DNA from: an uncultured delta proteobacterium
Lineage (GTDB): Bacteria > Myxococcota_A > UBA9160 > SMWR01
Assembly: GCA_963832165.1 (NCBI GenBank)
Contig: CAWHTE010000001.1
Location: 384,001 to 448,000, forward strand
Direction of reading: 5' to 3'
Length of the DNA stretch: 64,000 nucleotides
Positions within the stretch are counted from its first letter, which is position 1; each line of letters opens with the position of its first letter. The translations under genes and the position numbers were made by a program. The notes under the pieces are model-generated. The model searched no databases, was not told the DNA's origin, and saw nothing but the letters and a program-made list of their open reading frames with translations. Of the stretch, positions 40,199 through 49,781 are shown one piece after another.

Positions 40199-40718
40199 CG
40201 CGTCTCCGAACCGATTCGAGCGGCCGTAGGCCTCGTTGCGCAGCGGGATGGAGCTGTGCGCACCAGCAAAGCTCTGTTTGCGCCCGCGAATCGGAACCAC
40301 GAACAATTTCAATCGAGTCCGAGAACTAGCATTCGGTCCAATTGCGCGAGGGGAGCGGCCGATCGATCCGACGAGGTTACCCGTCGCGAAGCGAGATGGG
40401 GTCGCGTCGTCACCGGATCGAGCCGATGAGGAGGCCAGTCGGCGGCCGGGCTGATCGACCGCCCGGCCTGGGTGCTGGCGAACCCCGTCGGAGGAGGGGG
40501 GTCAGGAAATCCAGTATATCCGCGTCCGGGAAAACCGGAGGTCATTTCGGTGATCCAGGTCACAAATCCCGAGATCGAGAAAGAGCGCGCGTTAGAGGCG
40601 CTGATATTACCCGAGGGGGTCCAAGCGGGCTGTACGGTTTCCGACACAGTGTCAGGACGGTCGTTAAGCAACGTTAAAAGTGTCTGTGACTATTTCACCC
40701 GGGGGAGAATGCCGACTG

Positions 40719-40724
40719 TATAAT
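40719..40724 (+). promoter_or_regulatory. Candidate sigma70 -10 element upstream of the priming sugar transferase
   Basis: Perfect TATAAT in an AT-richer divergent intergenic region; no convincing -35. Confidence 0.3.
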
Positions 40725-41001
40725 GTTTGCCGCCGTACCATTAGCCGAAGGAATAAACGTTACCGACCGAGTGTTCGCGCCCACCCATTGGATGATGGGG
40801 CAATCCGCCTCTGCGAATGACCTGACACCCAGTTGATCACCCGCCGCACCGCACCCATAGGGCCAAAACAATGATCACCCCCCCCGTCCCCGGCGCCTCG
40901 GCGCCGGTTGTGATCCCGGCATCGCTGCGATCGCCAGGAGTTCACACAACGCTCGTTGTTAGGCGCAATTCGCGCCTCGCGGTTCGCACCGGGAGGTCGC
41001 G

Positions 41002-42411
41002 ATGACCTCGATGCGGGGCGTGGTAGAGCGACATCGCGCATCGTACGCCCGCAATCCGTTCGGGGTACGCATCGCGCTCGTGATGGCACTCGACCTGGTG
41101 TGCCTGCTCGTGGCCGCATTCGTGGCCCGCGCGTGGGCCGAGACACCGGTCTCGAACGGGATCTTCGCGGCGGCGACCGCGATCCTCGGGGCGGGAACCT
41201 TCCTCGTGCTGCAGGCGACGGGCGCCTACGACCTCGTCACGATCCGCAGCAGCGCGAAGACCCGCGTCTCGCTGCTCCTGGCGATGGGGATCGGCTTCGC
41301 AGCCACGTTGGTGTTCTACTACGTCGTTCCGCTCCCGCAGAGCAAGGAGGCGCTGCTCCACGCCGCGGCGGTGTTCCTGCCGCTCTTCCTGCTGGAGCGC
41401 AGCGCGTTCCGCGCGGTTTCGAAGAAGATGCGCAACCGCATCGTGCTGGTCGGCCTCAGCGACGTCGCGCTCGCGCTGGTGCGCAGCATCAACGTGCGCA
41501 GCGACCTCGGACTCGAGGTCGTGGGCGCGCTGTCGGGCAACAACGAAGAGGACCTCGCCGACGCGCCGCACATCGACGGCCTCCCGATCCTCGGGACCGT
41601 TCACGCGGTCGAGAAGGTGATCAGCCAGGGCCTCGCCGAATGGGTCGTCGTGACCTCGAAGAGTCGCGAGGAGCAGCTGCCCGACGATCAACTGCTGAGC
41701 TTGAAGCTCCACGGCGTGCCGATCTTCTCGGGGGTCGCCCTCTACGAGAGGATTACGGGCGAGGTCTATCACCGCTCGATGCGCTCGTCCGTGTTGATCT
41801 TCGACGATCGGCTCGGCATGACCCTGTTCGAGCGCTCGACGAAGCGCGCATTCGACGTCGTCGTCTCTCTGGCGGCGCTCGTCGCCATTGCGCCGATCCT
41901 GCTCATCGCCGCGATCGCGATCCGGCTCGATACGAAGGGATCGATCTTCTTCCGGCAGACGCGCGTGGGCCGATTCCACAAGCCGTTCCAGATCGTCAAG
42001 CTCCGCACGATGGTGAGCGATGCCGAGAAGGTCACGGGCGCGGTCTTCGCGAGCCGCGAGGATCTGCGGATCACCCGCGTGGGTCGCTTCCTGCGCCGCA
42101 CGCGCATCGACGAGCTGCCCCAGTTCTGGAACGTCCTCCGGGGAGACATGAGCGTCGTCGGGCCGCGCCCGGAGCGCCCCGAGTTCCTCGACGAGATCTC
42201 CGAGCGCTTCCCGTACTTCCGCGTCCGGTCGGCCTTCAAGCCCGGCGTGACGGGCTGGGCTCAGGTCCGCGAGGGATACGTCGGTGACATCGCGGGCTTC
42301 GACCAGAAGCTCGCGCTCGACCTCTACTACATGCGCAACTGGTCGCTCTCGATGGACGTCTCGATCGTGTGGTCCACGGTGCGGACCGTGTTGTCGCTGA
42401 AGGGCGTCTAG
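41002..42411 (+). CDS. Undecaprenyl-phosphate priming sugar transferase (Bac_transf), EPS/PEP-CTERM type
   Basis: Four N-terminal TMs; KRAFD, KLRTM, RIDELPQFWNVL.GDMSVVGPRPE, KPGVTGWAQV, DLYY. Confidence 0.92.
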   Translation: MTSMRGVVERHRASYARNPFGVRIALVMALDLVCLLVAAFVARAWAETPVSNGIFAAATAILGAGTFLVLQATGAYDLVTIRSSAKTRVSLLLAMGIGFAATLVFYYVVPLPQSKEALLHAAAVFLPLFLLERSAFRAVSKKMRNRIVLVGLSDVALALVRSINVRSDLGLEVVGALSGNNEEDLADAPHIDGLPILGTVHAVEKVISQGLAEWVVVTSKSREEQLPDDQLLSLKLHGVPIFSGVALYERITGEVYHRSMRSSVLIFDDRLGMTLFERSTKRAFDVVVSLAALVAIAPILLIAAIAIRLDTKGSIFFRQTRVGRFHKPFQIVKLRTMVSDAEKVTGAVFASREDLRITRVGRFLRRTRIDELPQFWNVLRGDMSVVGPRPERPEFLDEISERFPYFRVRSAFKPGVTGWAQVREGYVGDIAGFDQKLALDLYYMRNWSLSMDVSIVWSTVRTVLSLKGV

Positions 42412-42418
42412 CAGCCGG

Positions 42419-43153
42419 TCAGAGCAGGCCCCCGGCCGGCGCCACTCGCGCGCGCTGGTTGTAGAGCAGCTTCGTCAGGCTCTGGATCTCTTCCTTCGAG
42501 AGCTTCGAGAAGTCGACCGTCATGTCCTTGCCGACGGCCATGCCGCGCTGCACGCCGGGCCGCGCGCCGAGTTCCTCGAACCAGCGCTTGAAGTACGGGA
42601 ACTCCGAGATGTCCTGCCCCTGACCTTCCCAGCCGACCGTCCACGGGTAGGAGATCATGTCCGCGATCGTGTAGGTGTCGCCGGCGAGGTAGCGGCGGTC
42701 GTAGAGGCGGTTGTTCATCACGCCATAGAGCCGGTTCACCTCGTCGGTGAAGCGGCGCACCGCGTACGATTGATCGCCCTGTGAATCCTTGAGCCGGCGG
42801 AAGTGACCGCACTCGCCGGTCTTCGGGCCCTGGTTCGCCATCTGCCAGATCACCCACTGATTCACTTCGTGGCGCCCGCGCAGGTCCTTCGGATAGAACT
42901 GACCGGCCCTCTCGGCGATGTAGATCATGATGGCGCCGGATTCGAACAGCGCGATCGGCGCGCCGCCGTCGGCCGGCGCATGGTCGACAATCGCGGGCAT
43001 GCGGTTGTTCGGGCTGATGCGCAGGAACTCATCCTTGAACTGGTCGCCCTGGCCGATGCTGCACGGGACGATCCGGTACGGGAGCCCGCATTCCTCGAGC
43101 AGGATCGTCACTTTCTTGCCGTTCGGCGTGGGCCAGTAGTGGAGATCGATCAT
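42419..43153 (-). CDS. Glutathione S-transferase, YfcG/Nu-class-like
   Basis: MIDLHYWPTPNGKK, ISPNNRMPAI, FESGAI, YTIADM. Confidence 0.9.
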   Translation of the reverse strand: MIDLHYWPTPNGKKVTILLEECGLPYRIVPCSIGQGDQFKDEFLRISPNNRMPAIVDHAPADGGAPIALFESGAIMIYIAERAGQFYPKDLRGRHEVNQWVIWQMANQGPKTGECGHFRRLKDSQGDQSYAVRRFTDEVNRLYGVMNNRLYDRRYLAGDTYTIADMISYPWTVGWEGQGQDISEFPYFKRWFEELGARPGVQRGMAVGKDMTVDFSKLSKEEIQSLTKLLYNQRARVAPAGGLL

Positions 43154-43289
43154 TCGGAAGTCTCCGAGCGCGCGCAGGAGCCGGGGGGATCCCGATCTGC
43201 GCGTCCAGCATACCCCGGCAGGAGTTCGCCCCGGATCAAGTGCGGAGGCACTTCGTCCGATCCGTCGGGGGTACCGCTCGGAGGGCCCC

Positions 43290-43652
43290 ATGCAGACCGC
43301 CCGCGACGAGATGCGAGACTTCGCGAGCCAGCGCAGCGAGGTCCTGCTCCAGCTCGCGTCGTGCACCGTGGCGGCTGCGGCGCTGTGGGCGGTGGCGGGC
43401 CGGCTCGACGGAGCACTGCCCGAGCTCAAGGCGCTGTTCGTAGCGCTCCTCGTCGCGTTCGGGGTCGGCGTCCAGAACATGGTGCCGCAGCTCATCCCCG
43501 TGCTCGCGTTCCGCTGCCCGCGCTGCACGATGCTCTTCCACGCGGCCACCGCGCGACCGCGCGGCCGCGCGGTGCTGGGACTGCGCGCGTGCGCGCACTG
43601 CGGCCTGCGCGTGCACGGACCCGATTCGCCGCCGTCCCACGCGCACGACTAG
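43290..43652 (+). CDS. Small membrane protein with C-terminal CxxC...CxxC zinc-ribbon-like motif
   Basis: Two hydrophobic segments, then RCPRC and CAHCG. Confidence 0.55.
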   Translation: MQTARDEMRDFASQRSEVLLQLASCTVAAAALWAVAGRLDGALPELKALFVALLVAFGVGVQNMVPQLIPVLAFRCPRCTMLFHAATARPRGRAVLGLRACAHCGLRVHGPDSPPSHAHD

Positions 43653-43654
43653 AC

Positions 43655-43725
43655 TGGCCGCAGGCTTCGCGCAGCGAGCCGCAGGCGAGCGAAGACCATA
43701 AGATGGGCGAGCGAAGGCCATCAGG
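43655..43725. repeat. REP-like intergenic element (hairpin plus 16-bp direct repeat)
   Basis: CTTCGC(43665-70)/GCGAAG(43689-94) stem; ggcgagcgaagaccat (43684-99) and ggcgagcgaaggccat (43706-21). Confidence 0.5.
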
Positions 43726-44922
43726 ATGTCGAAGCTCGCGATCACGGGGGCGGAGCTCGTCGACCCCGAAGCGGCGCTCGTACGCCGCGGCACGCTGCTC
43801 ATCGAAGACGGGCGGATCGCCGGAAGCGTTGCGCCCGACGAGCCGCTCGGCGCCGATTGGCGCGTGATCGAGCGCCCCGATCGCGCGCTTGCACCGGGCT
43901 TTCTCGATCTGCACTTCCACGGCGAGATCGCGGCGGCTGCGCCGCCGCAGTTCGCGGGTGCGCTCGCGCGCGCCGCGCGGCGGATGCTCGGCGAGGGAAC
44001 GACCGGGTTTCTCGCCACCACGGTGTGTTGGCCACGCGCGCAGCTCGCCGATGCGGTCTCAGCGCTCGCGGCCGCGGCCGACGGGGTGTCTGCGCAGGGT
44101 GCCGCTTGCCTCGGTCTGCATCTCGAGGGGCCGTGGATCAGCGCCGAGGCGCCCGGTGCGATGTCGCGCGACGCGATCCGGCCCTACGACGCGCGCTCGG
44201 ATCGCGAGGTGCTCGCGCGCGCGGGCCAGCACCTGCGCATGGTCACACTGGCGCCCGAGGTCGAGGGAGCCGACGCGCTGCTCGCCGAGCTCGCCGCGCG
44301 CGGCGTGATCGCAGCGCTCGGTCACACGCGCGCACTACCCGCGCGCATTCTCGAGGCTGTCGAGCGCGGTCTGCGCCACGTCACGCATCTCTGGAACGCG
44401 ATGGGCCCGATCCACCATCGCGAGCCCGGCGTGGCCGGCACCGCGCTCGCGGAGGATCGGCTGACGTGTGATCTGATCTGCGACGGCCACCACGTCGATC
44501 CCGCGATGGTGCGCATCGCGGTGCGCGCGCTCGGGGAGCGCCTCATGCTGATCACCGACCGCCTCGATCTCCCGGAAGGAGCCCACGCCTCGGCGCTCGG
44601 CTCGGTCTCGGCGGGAGTCGACGGCGAGCCCTGGCGGCGCGCCGATGGCACGATCGCGGGGAGCCAGCTCGGCCTCGATGCCGCGCTCCGCAACGCGCGC
44701 CGCTTCGCCGGGATCGATCTGCGCGAGGCCGTGGCCGCATGCACGCTGCGGCCCGCGCGGTTGCTCGGCGTGGAGCGCGAGCGCGGCACGCTGCGCCCGG
44801 GTGCACGCGCGGATCTCGCCGTGCTCGACGCGAGCGGCCGCGCGGTCGAGACCTGGATCGCGGGCGAGCCCGTCTGGCGCTGTGAAACTTTCGGTTCAGA
44901 TGGGAATCCCGCGCGCCGATAG
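43726..44922 (+). CDS. nagA: N-acetylglucosamine-6-phosphate deacetylase
   Basis: PGFLDLHFHG, GLHLEGPW, VTLAPE, GHT, THLWNAM, DGHH, IAGS. Confidence 0.88.
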   Translation: MSKLAITGAELVDPEAALVRRGTLLIEDGRIAGSVAPDEPLGADWRVIERPDRALAPGFLDLHFHGEIAAAAPPQFAGALARAARRMLGEGTTGFLATTVCWPRAQLADAVSALAAAADGVSAQGAACLGLHLEGPWISAEAPGAMSRDAIRPYDARSDREVLARAGQHLRMVTLAPEVEGADALLAELAARGVIAALGHTRALPARILEAVERGLRHVTHLWNAMGPIHHREPGVAGTALAEDRLTCDLICDGHHVDPAMVRIAVRALGERLMLITDRLDLPEGAHASALGSVSAGVDGEPWRRADGTIAGSQLGLDAALRNARRFAGIDLREAVAACTLRPARLLGVERERGTLRPGARADLAVLDASGRAVETWIAGEPVWRCETFGSDGNPARR

Positions 44923-44938
44923 GGGGCGCGGGGGATCC

Positions 44939-45718
44939 GTGAGCCGAGTCCGCATGCGCCGCCGCTCGCTCGACGCGCTGCTCCGCGTGCAGCGCTACGA
45001 GGACTATCACGATCTCGTGTTCCAGGAGGCGCTCGACCCCTACTGCGAGGCCGCGAAGCGCGCGGGGCGCGAGCCCGGCAGCGTGCTCGCGATCGGCGCG
45101 GGCGCGCGCGAGGCCCAGGCGCTCGTCGCGCGGCCGTTTGCGCGGATCGCACTCTCCGGGGTCGCCGAGCCCGACGCGGTGGTGCAGGAGATCGCGGCGC
45201 GCGATCCGCGCGTGGTCTACGAGCTCGCCAACGCCGAAGCGCTGCCGTACGAGAGCCGGACCTTCGACCTCGTCTTGTGCAAGGAGGCGCTGCACCACCT
45301 CGCGCGGCCCGTGCTCGGCCTGTACGAGATGCTGCGCGTGTGCCGCCACCGCGCGGTGCTGATCGAGCCCTGGAGCTGTGGGCTGATCGGTGCCTTCGAT
45401 CGGCTCGGCCTCACCACGCGCTTCGAACGCGATCAGATCGCGAATCTCGCAGCGCGCGACAACCACGTATATCGCTTGAGCCGCGCTTCTCTCGAGGCTC
45501 TGCTCGCGAGCTACTACCTCGAGTCCGGAGCGCGTTGCGACGTGCGCGTGGGATGGCTCTCCACGCGCGTGTTGATGCCGCGATCGGCGCGCGTGCGCAG
45601 CGCGCTCCTCGCCGCGGGATGGGCGGCGAGCCAGCTGCCCGGGGCGGAGGGAAACCTGGCCACGGTTTCGATCGAGCCCGGCAGCGATCTGCCGCCCGAT
45701 CCGCGGCCGATTCCCTGA
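44939..45718 (+). CDS. Class I SAM-dependent methyltransferase
   Basis: VLAIGAG, NAEALPY..TFDLV, LHHL, EMLRV. Confidence 0.75.
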   Translation: MSRVRMRRRSLDALLRVQRYEDYHDLVFQEALDPYCEAAKRAGREPGSVLAIGAGAREAQALVARPFARIALSGVAEPDAVVQEIAARDPRVVYELANAEALPYESRTFDLVLCKEALHHLARPVLGLYEMLRVCRHRAVLIEPWSCGLIGAFDRLGLTTRFERDQIANLAARDNHVYRLSRASLEALLASYYLESGARCDVRVGWLSTRVLMPRSARVRSALLAAGWAASQLPGAEGNLATVSIEPGSDLPPDPRPIP

Positions 45719-45721
45719 GCG

Positions 45722-47458
45722 TCAGGACGATTGCGGGCCGCGGATCACGCGGCCCGGAAGCGCGCCCGTGTGCTCGCCGTTGCGCATCGTGACGATGCCC
45801 GACACGATCGTGGCCTCGTAGCCGCGCGCGCGCTGCACGAGTCGGCGCGCGCCCGCGGGCAGATCGTGCACGAGCTCGGGCAGCGCGAGCTCGAGGTGAT
45901 CCCAGTCGATCACGTTGAGATCGCCCTTCCGTCCCGGCGCGACGACGCCGCGGTCGCGCAGGCCGTAGAGCCACGCGGTGTCGCGCGTCATCTTGCGCAC
46001 CACCCATTCGATCGGGAGCTTCGGCCCGCGCGCGCGGTCCCGCGCCCAGTGCGTGAGCAGGAACGTGGTCATGCTCGCGTCGCAGATCGCACCGCAGTGT
46101 GCGCCGCCGTCGCCGAGGCCGAACGCGCTCGCGGGGTGCTCGAGCATCTCGCGCAGCGCCTCGAGATCGCCGTCGCTGTAGGAGAGGATCGCGAGCATCA
46201 GCAGCTGGCGTCCGTCGAGCTCGAGCATGTGGTCGTAGAGCACCTCGTACGGGTCGCGGCCGGTCCGCGCCGCCTCGGCGGCGACGCTGTCCTCGGGCGC
46301 GGGCTCGTAGTTCGGCGGATCTCCGAGCGGGAAGATCTTGCTCATGCCGTTCTCGATCATCGAAACCACTACAGCGATGCGCGGATCCTGCTCGATCGAT
46401 TTCTCACCGAGGATCCGGCGCCGAATCTCGGGATCGCGCAGCCGCGCCACCCGCTCGGCGAGCGGCAGGTGCTCGAGCTCGCGATAGGTGGGCTTGTACG
46501 AGAACGGATTGAAGGTCTGGTGTCCGATCAGGAGCATCGTCGGACGCGAGCCGACCTGCGGCGTGAGCTGTGCGCCGGCCGCGTTGGCCTCGCTGCAGCG
46601 CTCGAGTATCGCCCGGAACTGATCCTTGTCGGCGTCGTGCTGCGAGAGCGCGAAGCTCACGGGCCGACCGATTTCGGCCGAGAGTCGCTGCATCCACGCC
46701 ACTTCCTTCGCGGGTGCCGCGAGGTCCTCGCCCATCACGCCCGCGGGCGCCAGCTCGAACAAGCCGCGGCCCAGCTCGCGCAGCACGCGGCCGATCCCGA
46801 ACAGCTCGTCTTCGGCCGCGAATGTGCCCGGCACCGGCTCACCGTCGATCGCGCGGTGTACGAGCGTGCGCGAGGTCGAGAAGCCGAGTGCACCGGCCTC
46901 GATGCCTTCGCGCACGATCGCCGCCATCGCTGCGATGTCCTCGGGCGTGGCCGGCTCGTTCTTCGCGCCGCGCGCTCCCATCACGTACGCGCGCACCGCG
47001 CCGTGCGGGACCTGGGTGCCGAGGTCGACCGCGTGCGGGACCCGCTCGAGCGCGTCGAGGTATTCGGGGAAGGTCTCCCAGCCCCATTTCATCCCCGCGG
47101 ACAGCGCGGTGCCGGGGATGTCCTCGACACCCTCCATCAGCGCGATCAGGAAATCCTCGTCGCCGGGCCGCACCGGAGCGAAGCCGACTCCGCAATTGCC
47201 CATCACGATCGTCGTCACACCGTGCCAGCACGAGGGCGAGAGCAGCGAGTCCCACGTGGCCTGTCCGTCGTAGTGCGTATGGATGTCGACGATTCCGGGC
47301 AACACGAGCTTGCCCGTCGCATCGAGCGTCTCGCGCGCCGCACCGAGGTCGTGGCCCACCGCGGCGATGCGGCCGCCCGAGAGCGCGACGTCGGCGCTGC
47401 GCGGCGCGGTGCCCGTGCCGTCGACGAGAGTTCCGCCGCGAATGACCAGATCGTGCAC
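45722..47458 (-). CDS. Amidohydrolase, N-acyl-D-amino-acid deacylase family
   Basis: DLVIRGG..DGTG, PGIVDIHTHYDGQ, MGNCGVG, DGGAH; AAGGAG RBS. Confidence 0.9.
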   Translation of the reverse strand: MHDLVIRGGTLVDGTGTAPRSADVALSGGRIAAVGHDLGAARETLDATGKLVLPGIVDIHTHYDGQATWDSLLSPSCWHGVTTIVMGNCGVGFAPVRPGDEDFLIALMEGVEDIPGTALSAGMKWGWETFPEYLDALERVPHAVDLGTQVPHGAVRAYVMGARGAKNEPATPEDIAAMAAIVREGIEAGALGFSTSRTLVHRAIDGEPVPGTFAAEDELFGIGRVLRELGRGLFELAPAGVMGEDLAAPAKEVAWMQRLSAEIGRPVSFALSQHDADKDQFRAILERCSEANAAGAQLTPQVGSRPTMLLIGHQTFNPFSYKPTYRELEHLPLAERVARLRDPEIRRRILGEKSIEQDPRIAVVVSMIENGMSKIFPLGDPPNYEPAPEDSVAAEAARTGRDPYEVLYDHMLELDGRQLLMLAILSYSDGDLEALREMLEHPASAFGLGDGGAHCGAICDASMTTFLLTHWARDRARGPKLPIEWVVRKMTRDTAWLYGLRDRGVVAPGRKGDLNVIDWDHLELALPELVHDLPAGARRLVQRARGYEATIVSGIVTMRNGEHTGALPGRVIRGPQSS

Positions 47459-47480
47459 GATGACTCTCCTTGCGCGGCGC

Positions 47481-47792
47481 TCAGGCGCCGAGCGTGATTT
47501 CGATCCGGTCGCCGCTCTCGCGCACCGGAAAGCTCCTGGCGGGTCTGCGGATCGGATGGCGCTGTGGGCTGCCGTCGCGCACGTCGAGTCGCCCGCCGTG
47601 TACCGGGCACTCGAGGACGCAGCCCTGCAGCACGGCCGCGTCGAGTCGCACCATCGCATGCGGGCAGCGGTTCTCGATCGCGTAGAAGCGGCCCTCGGCA
47701 TTGCACACGAGCAGCTCGTGCCCGTCGGCCGACACGGCGCGGGTCTGGCCCGGCGCGAGACCCGCCACGTCGAGCGTCACCGCGAGGCTCAC
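47481..47792 (-). CDS. Rieske [2Fe-2S] ferredoxin
   Basis: NRCPH...CPVHG. Confidence 0.88.
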   Translation of the reverse strand: MSLAVTLDVAGLAPGQTRAVSADGHELLVCNAEGRFYAIENRCPHAMVRLDAAVLQGCVLECPVHGGRLDVRDGSPQRHPIRRPARSFPVRESGDRIEITLGA

Positions 47793-49072
47793 GCTTTGCG
47801 CTCCAGATATTGCTCGAGCGTGCGGTGGAAGTGCCGGATCCGGACCTCCTGCTCGCCGAGGTGCAGGCTGCGGAACGCCGCGGAGCGCATGCCCGCCTGG
47901 ATGCGCGGCAGGTTGTAGAGGTCCTCGTCGAGCAGGTCGCCGCCCTCGCATTTCCCGGCGAGCGTGTCGCCGTCTTCGGTGCGGAAGAAGAGCTTCTGCG
48001 GACGCGGCACCTCCTGCGCAGGCGTGCGAACGAGGCTCCAGAAGTCGAAGTACATCTTGTTCGGATCTTCCGGGTGCGGGCGATGCGTGAAGACCCACAC
48101 GAACAGCGAGTGGATGTTGAACGTGGCGTTCGGGAACACCGTGTAGTGGAAGTCGTCGCACATCTGCGCTTCGTTGAGCTCGGAGAAGTCGCAACCGAGC
48201 GCTGGGCCCATCTTGCGGATCGCGTCGGCGAACGCGGAGCGCGCCTCGGCCGGCCCGCCCGCGAAGTTCGCCACGTCCACGCCCACGCGCGCCAGGAACA
48301 GATCGCGGATGCCGCGCGTCACCGTGCCGGCGCCGGGATGGCGGGGGCTGGCCTGCACCTCGGGGAAGATCATGCGCGTGTGCTTGTCGTAGCAGTCGTA
48401 GAGCGTATTCACGTCGTCGCTGAACTCGAGCGTCCAGGTGTGGGTCGCCGACAGGTGATAGGCCTCGTTGAACGCATCGACCGACGTCTTCCAGTTGCAC
48501 TCGATCTCGATCGTCGCGTCGAACGCGACCTTCCACTCCTCGAAGTGATAGGGATCGAGGTGCTCGGGAATGACGCCGAGGTAGTTGGTCAGAGGCTCGG
48601 CGTCCGGATCCAGGTTGACGAAGACGAACCCGCCCCAGGTCTCGCAGCGCACGGGCCGCAGGTCGAGGTTCTTGCAACCCTGCGGAAACGACCCCGGGTC
48701 GAGCACCGCGAGCAGCTTGCCGTCGATGCCGTAGCGCCAGCCGTGGAACAGGCACGAGAAGCTCTCGGCGTGCCCGCGGCCGGGCTCCCGCAGGCGATTG
48801 CCGCGGTGCATGCAGACGTTGTAGCGGGCGGCGAGGGTGCCATCGGCCTGGCGGATCACGAGCACCGACTCGGGGCCGATCTCGAACGTGAAGTAGTCGC
48901 CCGGATTGGGCGCGTCGGACGCGCGCCCGGCGAGCAGCCACGTGCGCGTCCACATGCGCTCCCACTCGAGCTGCATGAACTCGCGCGAGGTGTAGCGCTC
49001 CTTGGGCACCGGAGCGGTGCCGAGCTGCGGGCGCGGCGCGCGCTCCATCGGAGTCCTCTGCACAGCCGTCAT
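47789..49072 (-). CDS. Rieske ring-hydroxylating oxygenase alpha subunit
   Basis: NVCMHRG...CLFHGW (Rieske), NWK..DAFNEAYH..TH (mononuclear Fe), ED..IQ.G. Confidence 0.92.
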   Translation of the reverse strand: MTAVQRTPMERAPRPQLGTAPVPKERYTSREFMQLEWERMWTRTWLLAGRASDAPNPGDYFTFEIGPESVLVIRQADGTLAARYNVCMHRGNRLREPGRGHAESFSCLFHGWRYGIDGKLLAVLDPGSFPQGCKNLDLRPVRCETWGGFVFVNLDPDAEPLTNYLGVIPEHLDPYHFEEWKVAFDATIEIECNWKTSVDAFNEAYHLSATHTWTLEFSDDVNTLYDCYDKHTRMIFPEVQASPRHPGAGTVTRGIRDLFLARVGVDVANFAGGPAEARSAFADAIRKMGPALGCDFSELNEAQMCDDFHYTVFPNATFNIHSLFVWVFTHRPHPEDPNKMYFDFWSLVRTPAQEVPRPQKLFFRTEDGDTLAGKCEGGDLLDEDLYNLPRIQAGMRSAAFRSLHLGEQEVRIRHFHRTLEQYLERKA

Positions 49073-49701
49073 CGGTTTCTCCCGTGGTGCGAAGTGGGCG
49101 CGCGCAGCCCCGCGACGAGCAACTCGGTCGCTGCGCGCACGTGGCGCTCGCCCGAGACGTCGAGATAGGGCTTGTCGTCGAGCAGGTGCTGCATCATGCC
49201 CACCTGCATCGCGCGCACGACTTCGGCGGTGGTCGGCACGTCGAGATCGGCGCGGAACTCGCCCGACGCGACTCCGCGGCGCAGCAGAGCCTCGAGCTTC
49301 GTGCGCCACTCCTCCATCGCGCGCTCGGCGGCGGAGTCCCAGTCGACGAGCACCGGCGCAGCTTCGGCCGCGACGAGTGCCGTGAGGAGCGGGCGGCGGT
49401 CTTCGGTGAGATTCACGCGCAGCCACGCTGCGAGCGCATCGCTCGCGCTGTGCGCCTCGTCGATCGCGCGATCGACGGCCGACGACCACTCGTCGAGCAT
49501 GTGGTCTCGCACGCAGCGCGCGAGTTCCTCCTTCGAGCCGAAGTGGTTGTAGACGAGCGCGCGCGAGACACCCGCGGCGAGCGCGACCTCTTCGATCCGC
49601 GTGCGCGCAAAACCGCTCTTCGCGAAGCACTGCGCCGCGGCGCCGAGGATCCGCAGGCGGCGCTGCTCGACGGCCGGAGCGCGGGGGGGCTGCGCTTGCA
49701 T
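49069..49701 (-). CDS. TetR/AcrR family transcriptional regulator
   Basis: HTH IEEVALAAGVSRALVYNHFGSKEEL. Confidence 0.92.
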   Translation of the reverse strand: MQAQPPRAPAVEQRRLRILGAAAQCFAKSGFARTRIEEVALAAGVSRALVYNHFGSKEELARCVRDHMLDEWSSAVDRAIDEAHSASDALAAWLRVNLTEDRRPLLTALVAAEAAPVLVDWDSAAERAMEEWRTKLEALLRRGVASGEFRADLDVPTTAEVVRAMQVGMMQHLLDDKPYLDVSGERHVRAATELLVAGLRAPTSHHGRNR

Positions 49702-49707
49702 GTCTAC

Positions 49708-49737
49708 AATCTAGACGAATTAGCCTGGATTCGTCAA
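49708..49737 (-). promoter_or_regulatory. Sigma70 promoter of tetR (leaderless) with overlapping palindromic operator
   Basis: Minus strand TTGACG-N18-TAGATT-N6-ATG; inverted repeat GACGAAT-N8-ATTCGTC at 49714-49735. Confidence 0.75.
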
Positions 49738-49781
49738 TTTCGTATAAAGGACATCGGAGTCAGCGGGTATGCTGCGCGCCG

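Noticed and set aside
40685..40699. CRP/FNR-like TGTGA..TCAC site
   Set aside because: Spacer is 5 bp, not 6
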